Assembly: GCF_003918875.1 (NCBI RefSeq)
Contig: NW_025765148.1
Span: 62,001-126,000, forward strand
Direction: 5' to 3'
Length of the DNA: 64,000 bases
DNA from: Haliotis rubra
Taxonomy: Eukaryota
Made by a program: the position numbers and the translations under genes. Below are positions 27,101 through 37,460 of this stretch, one piece after another. Below the pieces are notes generated by a model, which saw only the letters and a program-made list of their open reading frames with translations, was not told where the DNA came from and did no database searches. The number at the start of each line of letters is the position of its first letter. Within the stretch, counting starts at the first letter, position 1.

Positions 27101-30100
27101 ACCTCCATTTGGGATGAACCACAGCTCCTTCTGCCACCGCATCCCATGGTTGCTGATGCCATTGCTTCACATGATGAGGATTTCCAAAAGTTATCTCTCA
27201 ATCCTTCCATCAAGCCTGCTAAACATCGCCATCAGGATTACAAGGTCCATTCTGTTGACTTTGTGGATTTTGGCGGTACACAAGATGAAGCGGCCAAACG
27301 ATTGTCGGATGCTTCTCAAGCTCAATACAAGGTCCCAGATGCCAAGTTGTTGGCGATTGATACGGAACTCCGTCGAACCTTGAAGCCCCTCTCTGTGCTT
27401 GGTTCGGCCACGGGTCCATGTCTCAAGATCTCTCGGAGGATAACCCTTCCCGCTTAAATCATCTTACCACTATGTTAAGGTGGCAGGCTAGAGTTCTGTC
27501 TGATGTGGTTGATCACGTTCGTTCGGCCTTAGCTACCACCACTGTGACTAGGAGGACTGGGTTACTCGCTCCCTGTACCTGGCAGGAGGAATTCAAGAAA
27601 AGACTGATGCGTGCCCCGTTTGAGGCTCCCACCTTATTCGTGGATAAGATCCCGGATGTCTTGTCTTTTCTTTTCAGAGCATGCCTACTTGACCCAAACT
27701 GAGATTGCGCTCCGATCTTTTCGTCACTTCGCCACTTTGTCAGCGCCAGCTACCAGGACCACCAACCTTTACCAATCCAGGAGGACGTTGGTTCGTGGAG
27801 CCTTTTGAGGACATGGCAGGGGACGTCCCAACGACTTCCAACGTCGTCCCGCTGGTAACCAAAAGGACTTGGGCAAGACCGACAAACCCAAGTACAAGCG
27901 CTGCTGATGTTTTGGGCGGTCACGACTGTGATTCCCGGCCCCAGCCGTCCATATCCACGATATACCTGTAGGCAGGAGACTCGGGGTCTTCTGGCCCAAC
28001 TGGACAATCCTAGGAGACCCCTTTGTCACCAATCTTCTCAGACAGGCTACATGTTGCAAATATCCATGCCGCCGCCTTTGACCACCTTGCCCCGGTCTCA
28101 CGAATATTCCATTGTTCAACACCAGCACCTGTTGACCAACATTCAGGCGTTGTTGGACAAGAAGGCCATAGAACAAGTACTAGAGCCCAGCAACTCCCCA
28201 GGGTTTTACTCTCCCATCTTTTTGGTACCCAAAAAGAATTCTCAGAAGATGAGGATGATACAAAATATGGCAGTATTCAACAAACTACCTTCCGGAGCCG
28301 CCACATTTTTGGATGGTATCTCTGATCCAGCTACGAACCAAACTGTCCCCGAAGGATTGGTTGGTCAGTCTGGATCTTCAAGACGTCTACCTACATGTTC
28401 CCATTTACGAACCTCACCGGAAGTTCCTAAGGTCATTTTCAACGGTCACCATTACCAGTGGAAGGTCGTGCCGTTTGGCATCTCTATGGCCCCGTGGCTT
28501 TTCTCGAATTACAGCACCGATTTCACGGTATCCTCAGAATCCTCAGTCTTGCTAAGCGGGGTCTGTCACTCCCGCTTACACTCAGGGAATGGCAGTCCCT
28601 ACTAGGTCTGTTGATATGGGCTCAGGATCTTACCATCAGAGGGAAATTAATGCTCAGACTGCTTCAACGGTTCCTCTCGCCTTTTTTCCTCATAGACGAC
28701 CTCAGGTCGCGGTTTCCGCTGCCCGTCATTTTCATCCCTTTCTTCAGTGGTGGACAATCAAGTCGAACATTTGCGGCGGCGTCTCTTTGATCGAATTCAC
28801 ACACAACCGCAAACTTTTTGTGGACGCCTCTCTGCAGGATTGGGGTGCTTACCTGGACTCTCAGTCAGTTCCGCCCTCCAGCTTGGGATCTTAACACGGT
28901 TTTACAACACCTTCGTTGACGTCCTTATGAGTCTGTCTGTGGCCTCCTTTGAGGACTTGTCCAGGAAAACAGTTTTCTTTTGGCGCTTGCTACTGCGGCC
29001 AGAGTTAGTGAGCTTCACGTCATAGATGTCACTAGGATTAGGTTTGAACAGACTCGTCACGGTTCCGTCCATTTTGGTCTTCTCTGGGACTTCATTGCTA
29101 AGAACCAGTAGCCTGGTCAACTGGATCGTATGTTTGTCATCCCTCTTTTGTCTTCTATAGTCGGCAGTGACGACTCCGATGATCTTGCGTTGTGTCCCGT
29201 CAGGGCCCTTAAAGAGTACATCAAGCAGTCAGCAGTCAGGAGACGTACCAGGAAACACTTTTTTATTCCGTTTTCTTCTGCGTCGAAGGGTGAGGTCAAC
29301 AAAAATACCATCGCTTTGTGGCTTCGCTTGACTATCCTCACAGCTTACGACTCCGCTGGTTTTCCTCACCCAACTGCAAACAACCTGCACGAAATCCGGG
29401 CCTTAGCTTCCACCATGGCTCTGCACAGAAACTGCTCAGTCCCCACTATTATGGAAGGTTGCTTTTGGAGGTCTAACACAGTCTTCGCCAGCCATTATCT
29501 CCGGGATCTGGCAGTCCAGGATGTACAGGGGCTTCAGTCCTTTGGCCCGCTCGTGGTAGCTCAGCAACTGACACAGCCCTCTTCTCACTAGGTGCTTATT
29601 CTTTTTGTCTAATCATCTTAGTGATAGTTTTAAGGTTAACCCACGTTCTCTCGTGTTGTGTTTTCCTTATCAGGGGTTCTACCGGTGGATTTCTGTTCTT
29701 GTTTCAACGATTCCTGTTCAACAACAAGACAGTTTCCACGTCCCCGGTTGTGCTGTTTTGGGTCTGATAGTTTTGGCTGGTCCTCACTGGTGTCCGACCC
29801 TCCTGCCTTTCTGTTGGATCAACATGAACATTACCATGAGGTAAGGTAAGTGATGGATCATCTCCTCCCCGCTTTGGACTCCGCTCGGACATCAGGATTC
29901 GGATAAAGTGACGTGTTCTCATAGTCACATGATGGGTTTGGGGGGTGAGCTTCCCGGATGAGATCGACACGTCACCAGTTTCATGATAGCATTCAACAAG
30001 GATACTTATCGATCACGTTTCTAATCTTTGTATCGGATGAGCAAAGGTAATATGCACATTACCTTAAGGTAAGGTAAGTATTTAAATATCTAAAATATTT

Positions 30101-32882
30101 AGATTTTATTTTTTTTTGTTTGTTTGTTTGTTTGTTTGTTCTTGAAGGTGTTCATAACTCGTGAAAGTTTCTATTGCTCCATGTCTCTTCCAGGTCTACT
30201 GGGAGTGGGGGATGATCTTGGAAATGTCTACGTCTACAATGTAGCCACTCTTGCCCGGAAGACAGTGTCACCTTATGATGATATCCTGTGCCCTTCAACG
30301 GTATGGCAACCTGGTACCCCGGTACTCTGGGGTTTTGTCACAGTTCAGATACAATCCTTACACCAAGGAAAGCAGCATTTTCTGATGTGGCAGTTCATGT
30401 TGGATAGTCATCATATTCATTTGTTAAAAACTTCTCACAAAATGATTAAAGTGTCGTAATATGTTTGCTCTGTTAGCATCGTTAGTTTTGATTGAAAAGA
30501 GACATAAATATCTCCTTGATGTTCTTGTCTGTGGATATGTGCATATTCTGAAGATGAGTGTGTATTGCAGGTAGTTGAGTGGCCAGAAGTAGTGGCAGAC
30601 TCAAGGACAGGAATTGACGAAGAGATGCTGCACACGAAGAAGGTAAACATTGACTATGTCTATATTTGTCGTCTGCCGCAACGCAGAACGGGAGACTATG
30701 TGTTCAGCAGCATGCGCTGTTGTACTCAATGTCTTCAAATTTGGTGACAGCCTACAATGGGGGATTACGCAGACACCAGTTGATTTGGGTCACCTTGACC
30801 TTATGTTCAAGGTCACCACGACACTTTTCAAACGTATATCTCATAAAACATTGCACCCAATCCCTTCAATTATGTCGACAGCCTACATTGGGTGATTATG
30901 CAGACACCAGTTATTTCAGGAATCTTGTATGTGACCACAAGAATAATAACAAACATGTTATAAATATTTCATACTTCTTTAGCTGCGGGGGACATTGCCA
31001 TATTAGTGGCAACCACTATAATGTTGCTGTAGATTGGTTACACCTCACCTTGTGTGCTGTAGGACTAAAACACAATGAACAAGGTCAGGTGGTCAGTATG
31101 GCCGTGTGTCAGCTTGCCCCTACCCGGATTGTGTGCTGTAGGACTAAAACACAATGAACAAGGTCAGGTGGTCAGTATGGCCGTGTGTCAGCTTGCCCCT
31201 ACCCGGATTGTGTGCTGTAGGACTAAAACACAATGAACAAGGTCAGGTGGTCAGTATGGCCGTGTGTCAGCTTGCCCCTACCCGGATTGTGTGCTGTAGG
31301 ACTAAAACACAATGAACAAGGTCAGGTGGTCAGTATGGCCGTGTGTCAGCTTGCCCCTACCCGGATTGTGTGCTGTAGGACTAAAACACAATGAACAAGG
31401 TCAGGTGGTCAGTATGGCCGTGTGTCAGCTTGCCCCTACCCGGATTGTGTGCTGTAGGACTAAAACACAATGAACAAGGTCAGGTGGTCAGTATGGCCGT
31501 GTGTCAACTTGACCCTACCTGGATTGTGTGTTGTCAGACTCAGTTATTTACTGCCACCATATACAAAGGAACATGGCAAGCTGTGGCCAGAGACAGTGTA
31601 GACCACTCCTGTGATGATTGTTAAATCAGGGTTATTTTAATCAGAGTTCTGGTACAAGGAAGTTCCTAACACATGGGTTTATCCCACCTTTCTGTAGATA
31701 AACAGATCCCCAAATGGTTGTCAACAAAAAGTAGACCCAACAGATGAGAATTCCAGAAGAATATCCCCATGTATGCTTAGGCAAATGAGCAAGTCTGATT
31801 CTGCATGTGACATGTTAATGAAACTCCTAGTGTAGTGGTTAACATGTCCTGTTGATACGTAATACTTTTAACGCAAATCGGGTGGCCAGGCTCACTGACT
31901 TGGTTGACACGTCATTGTGTCTCAATTGCGCGGATAGATGCTCATGTTGTTCATCACTGGATTGTCTGCTCCAGACTCGATTATTTACAGACCACTACCA
32001 TGTAGCTGGAATATTGCTGAGTGCGGCGTAAAACTAAACTCACTCACTCAATTTTTCCATCTCTTTGTAAGTGGGTTTGAATCCCGGTTCCCCCCTATTA
32101 TATTTGTAGGTTTGTCAGCGGCGTACCCAGCATGAGTGTTGGGCCATGGTGGTAGCCATCAGATACCTGTATCATATGCTTTCCTCCGATGTTCAGCTGA
32201 CACAGCTGGCATTAAACCCATCTCTCCTACCCATGGTAGCCATCAGAGACCTGTATCATATAGGCTTTCCTCCGATGTTCAGGTGACACAACTGGCATTA
32301 AACCCATCTCTCCTACCCGTGGTATCCATCAGAGACCTGTATCATATAGGCTTTCCTCCGATGTTCAGCTGACACAACTTAGTACGAGGGGTGATGGGGT
32401 AGTGTATTGGTTAAAGCATTTGTTCGTCACGCTGAAGTCCCCCACTTGGGTGAAGTGTGTGAAGCCCATTACTGGTGTACCCTGCCATGATATAGCTTTA
32501 GTACAAGGGGTGATGGAATTCACTAGTCACGCTGAAGACCCCCACATGGGTGGAATGTGTGAAGCCCATTACTGGTGTACCCTGCCATGATATAGCTTTA
32601 GTACAAGGGGTGATGGAATTCACTAGTCACGCTGAAGACCCCCACATGGGTGGAATGTGTGAAGCCCATTACTGGTGTACCCTGCCATGATATAGCTTTA
32701 GTACAAGGGTGATGATGGAATTCACTAGTGCGCTGAAGACCCCCACATGGGTGGAATGTGTGAAGCCCATTACTGGTGTACCCTGCCATGATATAGCTTT
32801 AGTACAAGGGGTGATGGAATTCACTAGTCACGCTGAAGACCCCCACATGGGTGGAATGTGTGAAGCCCATTTCTGGTGCGCC

Positions 32883-32921
<39 letters not shown>

Positions 32922-33459
32922 CTTGATATTGCTGAAATGTTGCTAAAAGCGGTGTAAAACCATACTCACTCACTAGGATGTAATGTCGCTATGCTCAACG
33001 TAGCTGTTCAGTTATAACAGATCAAGGATGTGAAAGAAGACCGTTGTGGTAAATTTAGCTCTTTCTGATCCTATATTTTTGTCTTTTAAATTGCTCACCT
33101 TGCTCAACTTAGGTCATGGTTTGTACCCATCATTCAGTTGTCTGTTGATCTGTTGTTCACTTACATTTCCTCTAAAGATACAAGGCCGATGTAACTATAT
33201 ATAGTTAGAGTCAACCCAGCTATGTTGTCTCTATGACGTTAACACAACATTCCAACCAAGTTTGTACAGCTGCTGTTGTTTTTCTTATTTTAGGTGAGCT
33301 TGTGTCTGTATTGACTTCACAGACATAGTTATTTAACTGCTGTTTCTTGTATTCCAGCAAATTGTTGTGAATGGGGTGTCCATCAGCTCCAGTTCCGACT
33401 ACATTGCATATGGAACAGACAACAACCTGGTGTGTATACTGAAGAACACGCAACGCTGA
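15154..33459 (+). CDS. LRWD1: LRWD1/ORCA-like WD40 protein, 12 coding exons, about 413 aa, no LRR domain seen
   Basis: Exons 15154-15207, 16677-16797, 17650-17756, 20327-20405, 21445-21567, 22284-22359, 24199-24360, 24753-24832, 25164-25322, 30194-30300, 30571-30642, 33358-33459; all GT-AG with matching phases. Motifs FEPVHFVRCHS...VWRCAFEP, LATCG...CFIDCVTG, FYTLAWT, WDIGTPD, TDNNLVCI resemble the LRWD1 WD40 region. The first exon is the least certain. Confidence 0.88.
15556..16570 (+). mobile_element. Helentron-associated non-autonomous element (HINE/DINE-1-like) with internal tandem repeats
   Basis: T-rich start, subTIR TGTCCCCCCGGC / GCCGGGGAGATA, GTCC microsatellite, about 5 copies of a about 174-bp unit, 3' hairpin GTCATC-TTCT-GATGAC followed by CTTGT. 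Confidence 0.8.
17190..17490 (+). mobile_element. SINE-like repeat with (CACCT)n tail and an embedded inverted fragment of SINE family A
   Basis: Simple-repeat tail at 17472-17490; 17217-17258 is the reverse complement of the family A body. Confidence 0.55.
17830..19850. mobile_element. Degenerate Kolobok-like DNA transposon with THAP remnant; right end not resolved
   Basis: TTAA-AGG start; RPYKYNP plus acidic tract on +; on - at 19468-19360 a frameshifted THAP-like start (VAWGC...FFRFP...W). Confidence 0.4.
18980..19247. repeat. Long inverted repeat / MITE
   Basis: About 19031-19100 is the reverse complement of about 19159-19228; outer AAATGCCCCA / TGGGGCATTT. Confidence 0.7.
20058..20182. 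repeat. 62-bp direct duplication
   Basis: Two exact copies starting CATGATGTAGGAGTAGGG. Confidence 0.85.
20612..20703. repeat. (TAGA/TAGG)n microsatellite
   Basis: Direct reading. Confidence 0.95.
21106..21350 (+). mobile_element. SINE-like family B
   Basis: Homologous copies at 31878-32050 (+), 38075-38290 (-), 52875-53065 (-), 19870-20020, 48335-48530 and 60595-60670; shared tail CATATAGCTGGAATATTGCTGAG. Confidence 0.75.
21955..22275. repeat. 42-bp minisatellite (about 7.5 copies) abutting the LRWD1 exon 6 acceptor
   Basis: Unit ATGTTTAGGGTATCAAACATGGTTTGTACTGCTGTAAATCAGCTG-type repeat read directly. Confidence 0.9.
22378..24118. repeat. About 20-bp minisatellite (AACAAGTACTGTACTGAGGC/GGGGT) filling LRWD1 intron 6
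   Basis: Direct reading; about 1.75 kb of a 1.84-kb intron. Confidence 0.95.
25320..25860. repeat. 96-bp tandem repeat (about 6 copies, one shortened) starting at the exon 9 splice donor
   Basis: AG-GTATGT recurs with GT at 25323, 25419, 25488, 25584, 25680 and 25776. Confidence 0.93.
26268..27930 (+). pseudogene. DIRS copy 2 gag (frameshifted)
   Basis: N-terminal zinc-finger-like motif; later RR...L...PF..TLF motif. Confidence 0.75.
27960..28870 (+). pseudogene. DIRS copy 2 RT and RNase H fragments
   Basis: LLDKKAIE, SLDLQDVYLHVPI, VPFGISMAP; YLDD region and most of RNase H/MT are missing. Confidence 0.85.
28880..29591 (+). pseudogene. DIRS copy 2 tyrosine recombinase, C-terminal part
   Basis: SWDL, RVSELH, LCPVRALKEY, HEIRALAS, FASHYLRD. 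Confidence 0.9.
30662..31020 (+). mobile_element. Short HINE/Helentron-like element
   Basis: Internal GGTCACCTTGACC units; 3' GCGGGGGACA subTIR plus hairpin TTGCCA-TATTAG-TGGCAA. Confidence 0.55.
31050..31532. repeat. 79-bp tandem repeat, about 6 copies
   Basis: Period 79 (31051, 31130, ...), near-identical copies. Confidence 0.95.
32150..32378. repeat. About 85-bp tandem repeat, about 2.7 copies
   Basis: GGTAGCCATCAGA...CTCTCCTACCC recurs. Confidence 0.85.
32382..32975 (+). repeat. SINE family A copy whose 5' part is amplified as a 100-bp tandem array, with a (CA)n insert
   Basis: Units start at 32501, 32601, 32701 and 32802; SINE tail at 32925-32975; (CA)n at 32886-32920. Confidence 0.85.
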
Positions 33460-33464
33460 ATACC

Positions 33465-33616
33465 AAGGGGAAGTAACCCTACACTGAGTCCTGTCACGAC
33501 ACACCCTCATTGAAATGTGAACTTGTGAACATTAAGGGGAAGTAACCCTACACTGAGTCCTGTCACGACACACCCTCATTGAAATGTGAACTTGTGAACA
33601 TTAAGGGGAAGTAACT
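33465..33616. repeat. 69-bp tandem repeat just after the LRWD1 stop codon
   Basis: AAGGGGAAGTAAC at 33465, 33534 and 33603. Confidence 0.9.
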
Positions 33617-34412
33617 CTTCACTGATGTCATACAGCAGTGGAAACATTTTGCGTGTCATTAAGTCAATCAAATGTCATTACTTTCATTTGTTACCCGGAT
33701 TTTGTTGTACAACTGATTTTTTACACCAAATCAATAATGACAAAAGAGATTAATGAGAGCAAGTTATTTGTGCATGATTCTAGCTTACTTGTTATGTCTG
33801 GGGAATATTTAGGTAATATTTCCTTAGTTCTAGAGGAGTGTTTGTTTCAGTCAAAATGTTTTTACAAGTTTGTAATACTTGCTTTATTCTTACAAATTTT
33901 TGAACCAATTTTCAAGGAATGTTATATTTTTTACTATTTTTAGAATTGTTTACTTTGGATTTTTTTAATGAAATTTGAGCCGACATTAAAGACAATGTGT
34001 TCAGCCGCAGATATTTTCATTATTAAGTACAAAGAATCCAAAGTCAAAATCTGTATGGATGTATTCAGTGATTATAGCTTGAGTGGCTCGTGTTTTACAG
34101 ATAGAAATTATCATTCATGTCATGTGTGTGGCGTGTCAGTCTGTGTAAATATGAATTGTCAATTGTAAACTGTTTAGGAGATATGGTAGCCCCATTCACC
34201 GAACCCTGATGCTGTTGTATACAGACAAGTGATGATAAAATGTACCTGTTACCTGTTTCAGTGAGTGATGAAAGAGTTTACATGTTCTTGTCAGTTTTGT
34301 CTTGCTGGCTTGCAGAATAGAGTCCAGCCCTTCATGAGTCATTATGATCACACTTGTAGGCACAGTGTAGTGCTGGACAGGAGTCTAAACGTTCTCTCCA
34401 TATACATTTACT

Positions 34413-34791
34413 CAGAGATGCCAACCTCTACGATAAAATCGTAGTTGCTACAAATTTTAGCCTCAAAGTACGCCAATACGATTGCACTAGAAATTCTACG
34501 AACTTTTGAAGACAATTCATTAAAATTCGGATATATAGACAAAAACATTTTTTCGTTGATTAAATACATTTTCGCCAAAAAGAGTTTACAAAAAGAAATG
34601 TAATGCTGATAATTATGAAATCTGCTGTTGGAGGTATGTGAAATTAAAGCTTCACTCTTTTTAGTGTCATATCATCATTCTCAGAATCCATCATAATTTT
34701 AAGTATTTAGTTGACTACTAATTTGATGGTTAATCTGCTAATTTTGATCTTTGAAACTACTATTTGTAACACTTTAGGGTTGGCATCTCTG
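34413..34791. mobile_element. MITE (P/hAT-type) with 7-bp TSD
   Basis: TIR CAGAGATGCCAACC / GGTTGGCATCTCTG; ATTTACT on both flanks. Confidence 0.85.
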
Positions 34792-35108
34792 ATTTACTTG
34801 ACACCACCCCAAAACGATGACATGTTTGTTGCAAGATTTATCGGATCATTTGTTTGAAAATCTTTGTTATGCATCTTATCACTGAGTCTTTCGATATGGA
34901 TGGTATGACTGGCAGCTTGTGGTATGGATATAGATTCTATGTAGTTCTAATATCACACTGTTGAATTCACTGTCAGGCCAGTTGTTGAAGATGTTGGAGT
35001 TGCTGAATTGTGTCCCTTATGCTTACCACAAACCAATGGTCTTTGTTGGAATCCCAGATTCGACATGGATATGTTTCTAGGTGTACCACTGAAGGCTCAA
35101 GCTGACCA

Positions 35109-35265
35109 GGGCGGTGGGGTAGCCTAGTGGTTAAAGCGTTAAAGACCCGGGTTCGAATCTCCACATGGGTACAATGTGTGAAGCCCATTTCTGGTGTTCC
35201 CCGCCATGATGTTGCTGGAATATTGCTAAAAGCGGCGTAAAAAAGTCAGTCAGTCAGTCAGTGAG
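35109..35265 (+). mobile_element. tRNA-derived SINE family A
   Basis: A box TAGCCTAGTGG, B box GGTTCGAATC, (AGTC)n tail, 12-bp TSD TCAAGCTGACCA. Other copies: 51220-51367 (-), 56841-56995 (-), 57526-57652 (-), 60985-61120 (+), 63876-64000 (+). Confidence 0.9.
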
Positions 35266-35377
35266 TCAAGCTGACCAAAGAGCTTCTGGTGTCTAAGCCC
35301 TGCATCGCATAAACATTCAGCTCATAACCCTTCTCAACAGACTGGCACTGATGTGATACTTGTGCTGACCAGTCAAG

Positions 35378-35680
35378 CTGACTGTTTAACACTTGTGGTA
35401 CCACTCAACTGACTGTTTTTAACATGGTCAGTTGACCATTCAGCTGACTGTTTTAACACTTGTGGTACCACTCAATCAGATGACTGTTTTAACACTTGTG
35501 GTACCACTCAACTGACTGTTTTAACACTTGTGGTACCATTCAACTGACTGTTGTAACACTTGTGGTACCACTCAACTGACTGTTTTAACACTTGTGGTAC
35601 CATTCAACTGACTGTTTTAACACTTGTGGTACCACTCAACTGACTGTTTTAACCATTGTGGTACCACTCAACTGACTGTT
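35378..35680. repeat. 31-bp minisatellite
   Basis: Unit CAACTGACTGTTTTAACACTTGTGGTACCA(C/T)T. Confidence 0.9.
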
Positions 35681-35849
35681 GCATGAAGTGAAGAGATGAG
35701 TAAGTATGAAGATACAGATGTCGTCTAGATGATGATTGTGGACAAAAACCCTGGTTGTTGACAGTACTGGGTTGTGCAATAAATATGTTTTGAAAGGTGT
35801 TGATTACTGTTTTGAACTTATGACTGAAACCTGGTTCAGTTTGTCATTT

Positions 35850-35965
35850 ACAGGTGCAAGAGTGATGTTTCGGTATAGGTTCTTATACTGTTGTCAAGCA
35901 CTCTAGACAGCTACACTGAAATGTCCCATCATAATATGATAAAGAAGTTGTCATCCATAAAGTGT
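35850..35965. mobile_element. Penelope-like pLTR remnant with degenerate hammerhead motif on the - strand
   Basis: Minus strand TTGACAA-CAGTATA-AGAACC-TATACC-GAAAC; nearby ATAAAGAAGTTGTCATCCATAAAG tail. Confidence 0.6.
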
Positions 35966-36241
35966 TATACTATTCTTATCATTCATCTTCTTCTAAACTG
36001 CCAATCACACAGATCATGTCCTTGTTTTCCATGTCATCCTATTAATTCGTAAGAGAACTCAAGATCAAAGATGATGATCAATAATTATGTATTCAGTGCT
36101 TTTGATCATCCTCCAGCCAGAAATACCAGCATAAAGAAATGTGTTTGGTGTGCATAGACTATTGCTATCCTTCCTGATCCGGCAGCATACATTTGTACCT
36201 ACCACATACATGAGTTTCCTCTTTGATTGGCTAGCTAAGGA

Positions 36242-36481
36242 CAGGGGTGGAAATAACCCATTGCCCGACGTCTGAGTCCAGTGTTTTTTCTGTCGGGCAA
36301 GCAAATTTGTATATCACACTGTACAGGTGTCCAGTTGACTTTCCAATGTTAATTATGTTGCTTATTTTAAAAAATCAACAAGAAAACGGCTGGTATAGAG
36401 GAAAAATTATCAGGGCAAGTGATTTTACATGTGCCACTGTACCGGAGAACACTAGCAGTTTTAAAGTTATTTCCAACCCTG
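36242..36481. mobile_element. MITE with CAGGG termini and 6-bp TSD
   Basis: CAGGGGTGGAAATAAC / GTTATTTCCAACCCTG; TAAGGA on both flanks. Confidence 0.8.
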
Positions 36482-37460
36482 TAAGGATCAGCACTTTTCC
36501 CCAACTGCATTATTAGCGTACCACCAAACAATTCAGATAAAAAACACATTTCATCATAATGTGAGCTTACACAAGAGGGATAAAGAATGTTGCAGATAGT
36601 TATCTCCCTTGACTGATGCTCGTGAAGTACTCTTCCTGTATAACATAAAGATGTTTTTAAAGGTTGATCATTTATTACAATGAATATACCACTGGCTGTA
36701 ATTAGTAACATTCTCAGAATTGAAAGATACTACTAATTGTAGATAATAATCAGAATTCTCTTAGAGCTACTCTCAAATCTAGAATATTCATAAAACCTTT
36801 TTCTTTTGACTTTGGATTACTCTCAAACTGACCTAAACAGGAATCTTCAGTTAGCTCTCTCAAGGACTGCAGCTTTCACATGAAACATTTTCATGACAGT
36901 TTTACCATTTACAATGACAATATGAATAAATTACAAACAATCATTTTTGTGACTAATCAGGAAAAGAGGCTCCTTACTGTACATCCACTCATATTTCCTG
37001 TAGTCCTTTTGCTCCACTAAAATAACCATTTACTATTTAGCAACAAAGTAAAATACAATTGAGGAAGTATGTCAGTGGCATAATACTGCATGAGAGTAAA
37101 CATCCAAATATAACACTGATTTGTCTGGTTATGACAAACATCAGAGCTTAAAGTAACAGTTTCTCTTCGCTCTATGCTAAACTTTTCTGTTTAACTATTG
37201 AAACAAATTGACTGTTATGTGGTTACCCCTGTAAGTTCAAAATGGAATATTCATGATAAAAAGACATAAGTAAATAACAAATATACTTATATAATAAATG
37301 GTAAGACTTCGCAAATACACATTATTTCTCTGTACTGTAATGGTCCAGCTTATGTGTTTTTTCAGTTAGTGTATACTAACTCTCACCTGAGAATGTTCTC
37401 TGCATGTTAAGTATATTCATTTTAAAATACTGAGAATATTTCTCACTCTGGCCCGAGGTG

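Larger units (their letters stand above)
26006..30079 (+). mobile_element. DIRS1-type retrotransposon (copy 2, different family), internally deleted, in LRWD1 intron 9
   Basis: Imperfect ITRs 26006-26190 / 29901-30079; half ICR 29824-29851; gag with Cys/His finger (CNQC...DPHPACPDC...C...CSFC); RT (FYSPIFLVPKK, YQWKVVPFG); RNase H (FVDAS...WGA); YR (HEIRA...FASHY). Confidence 0.92.
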
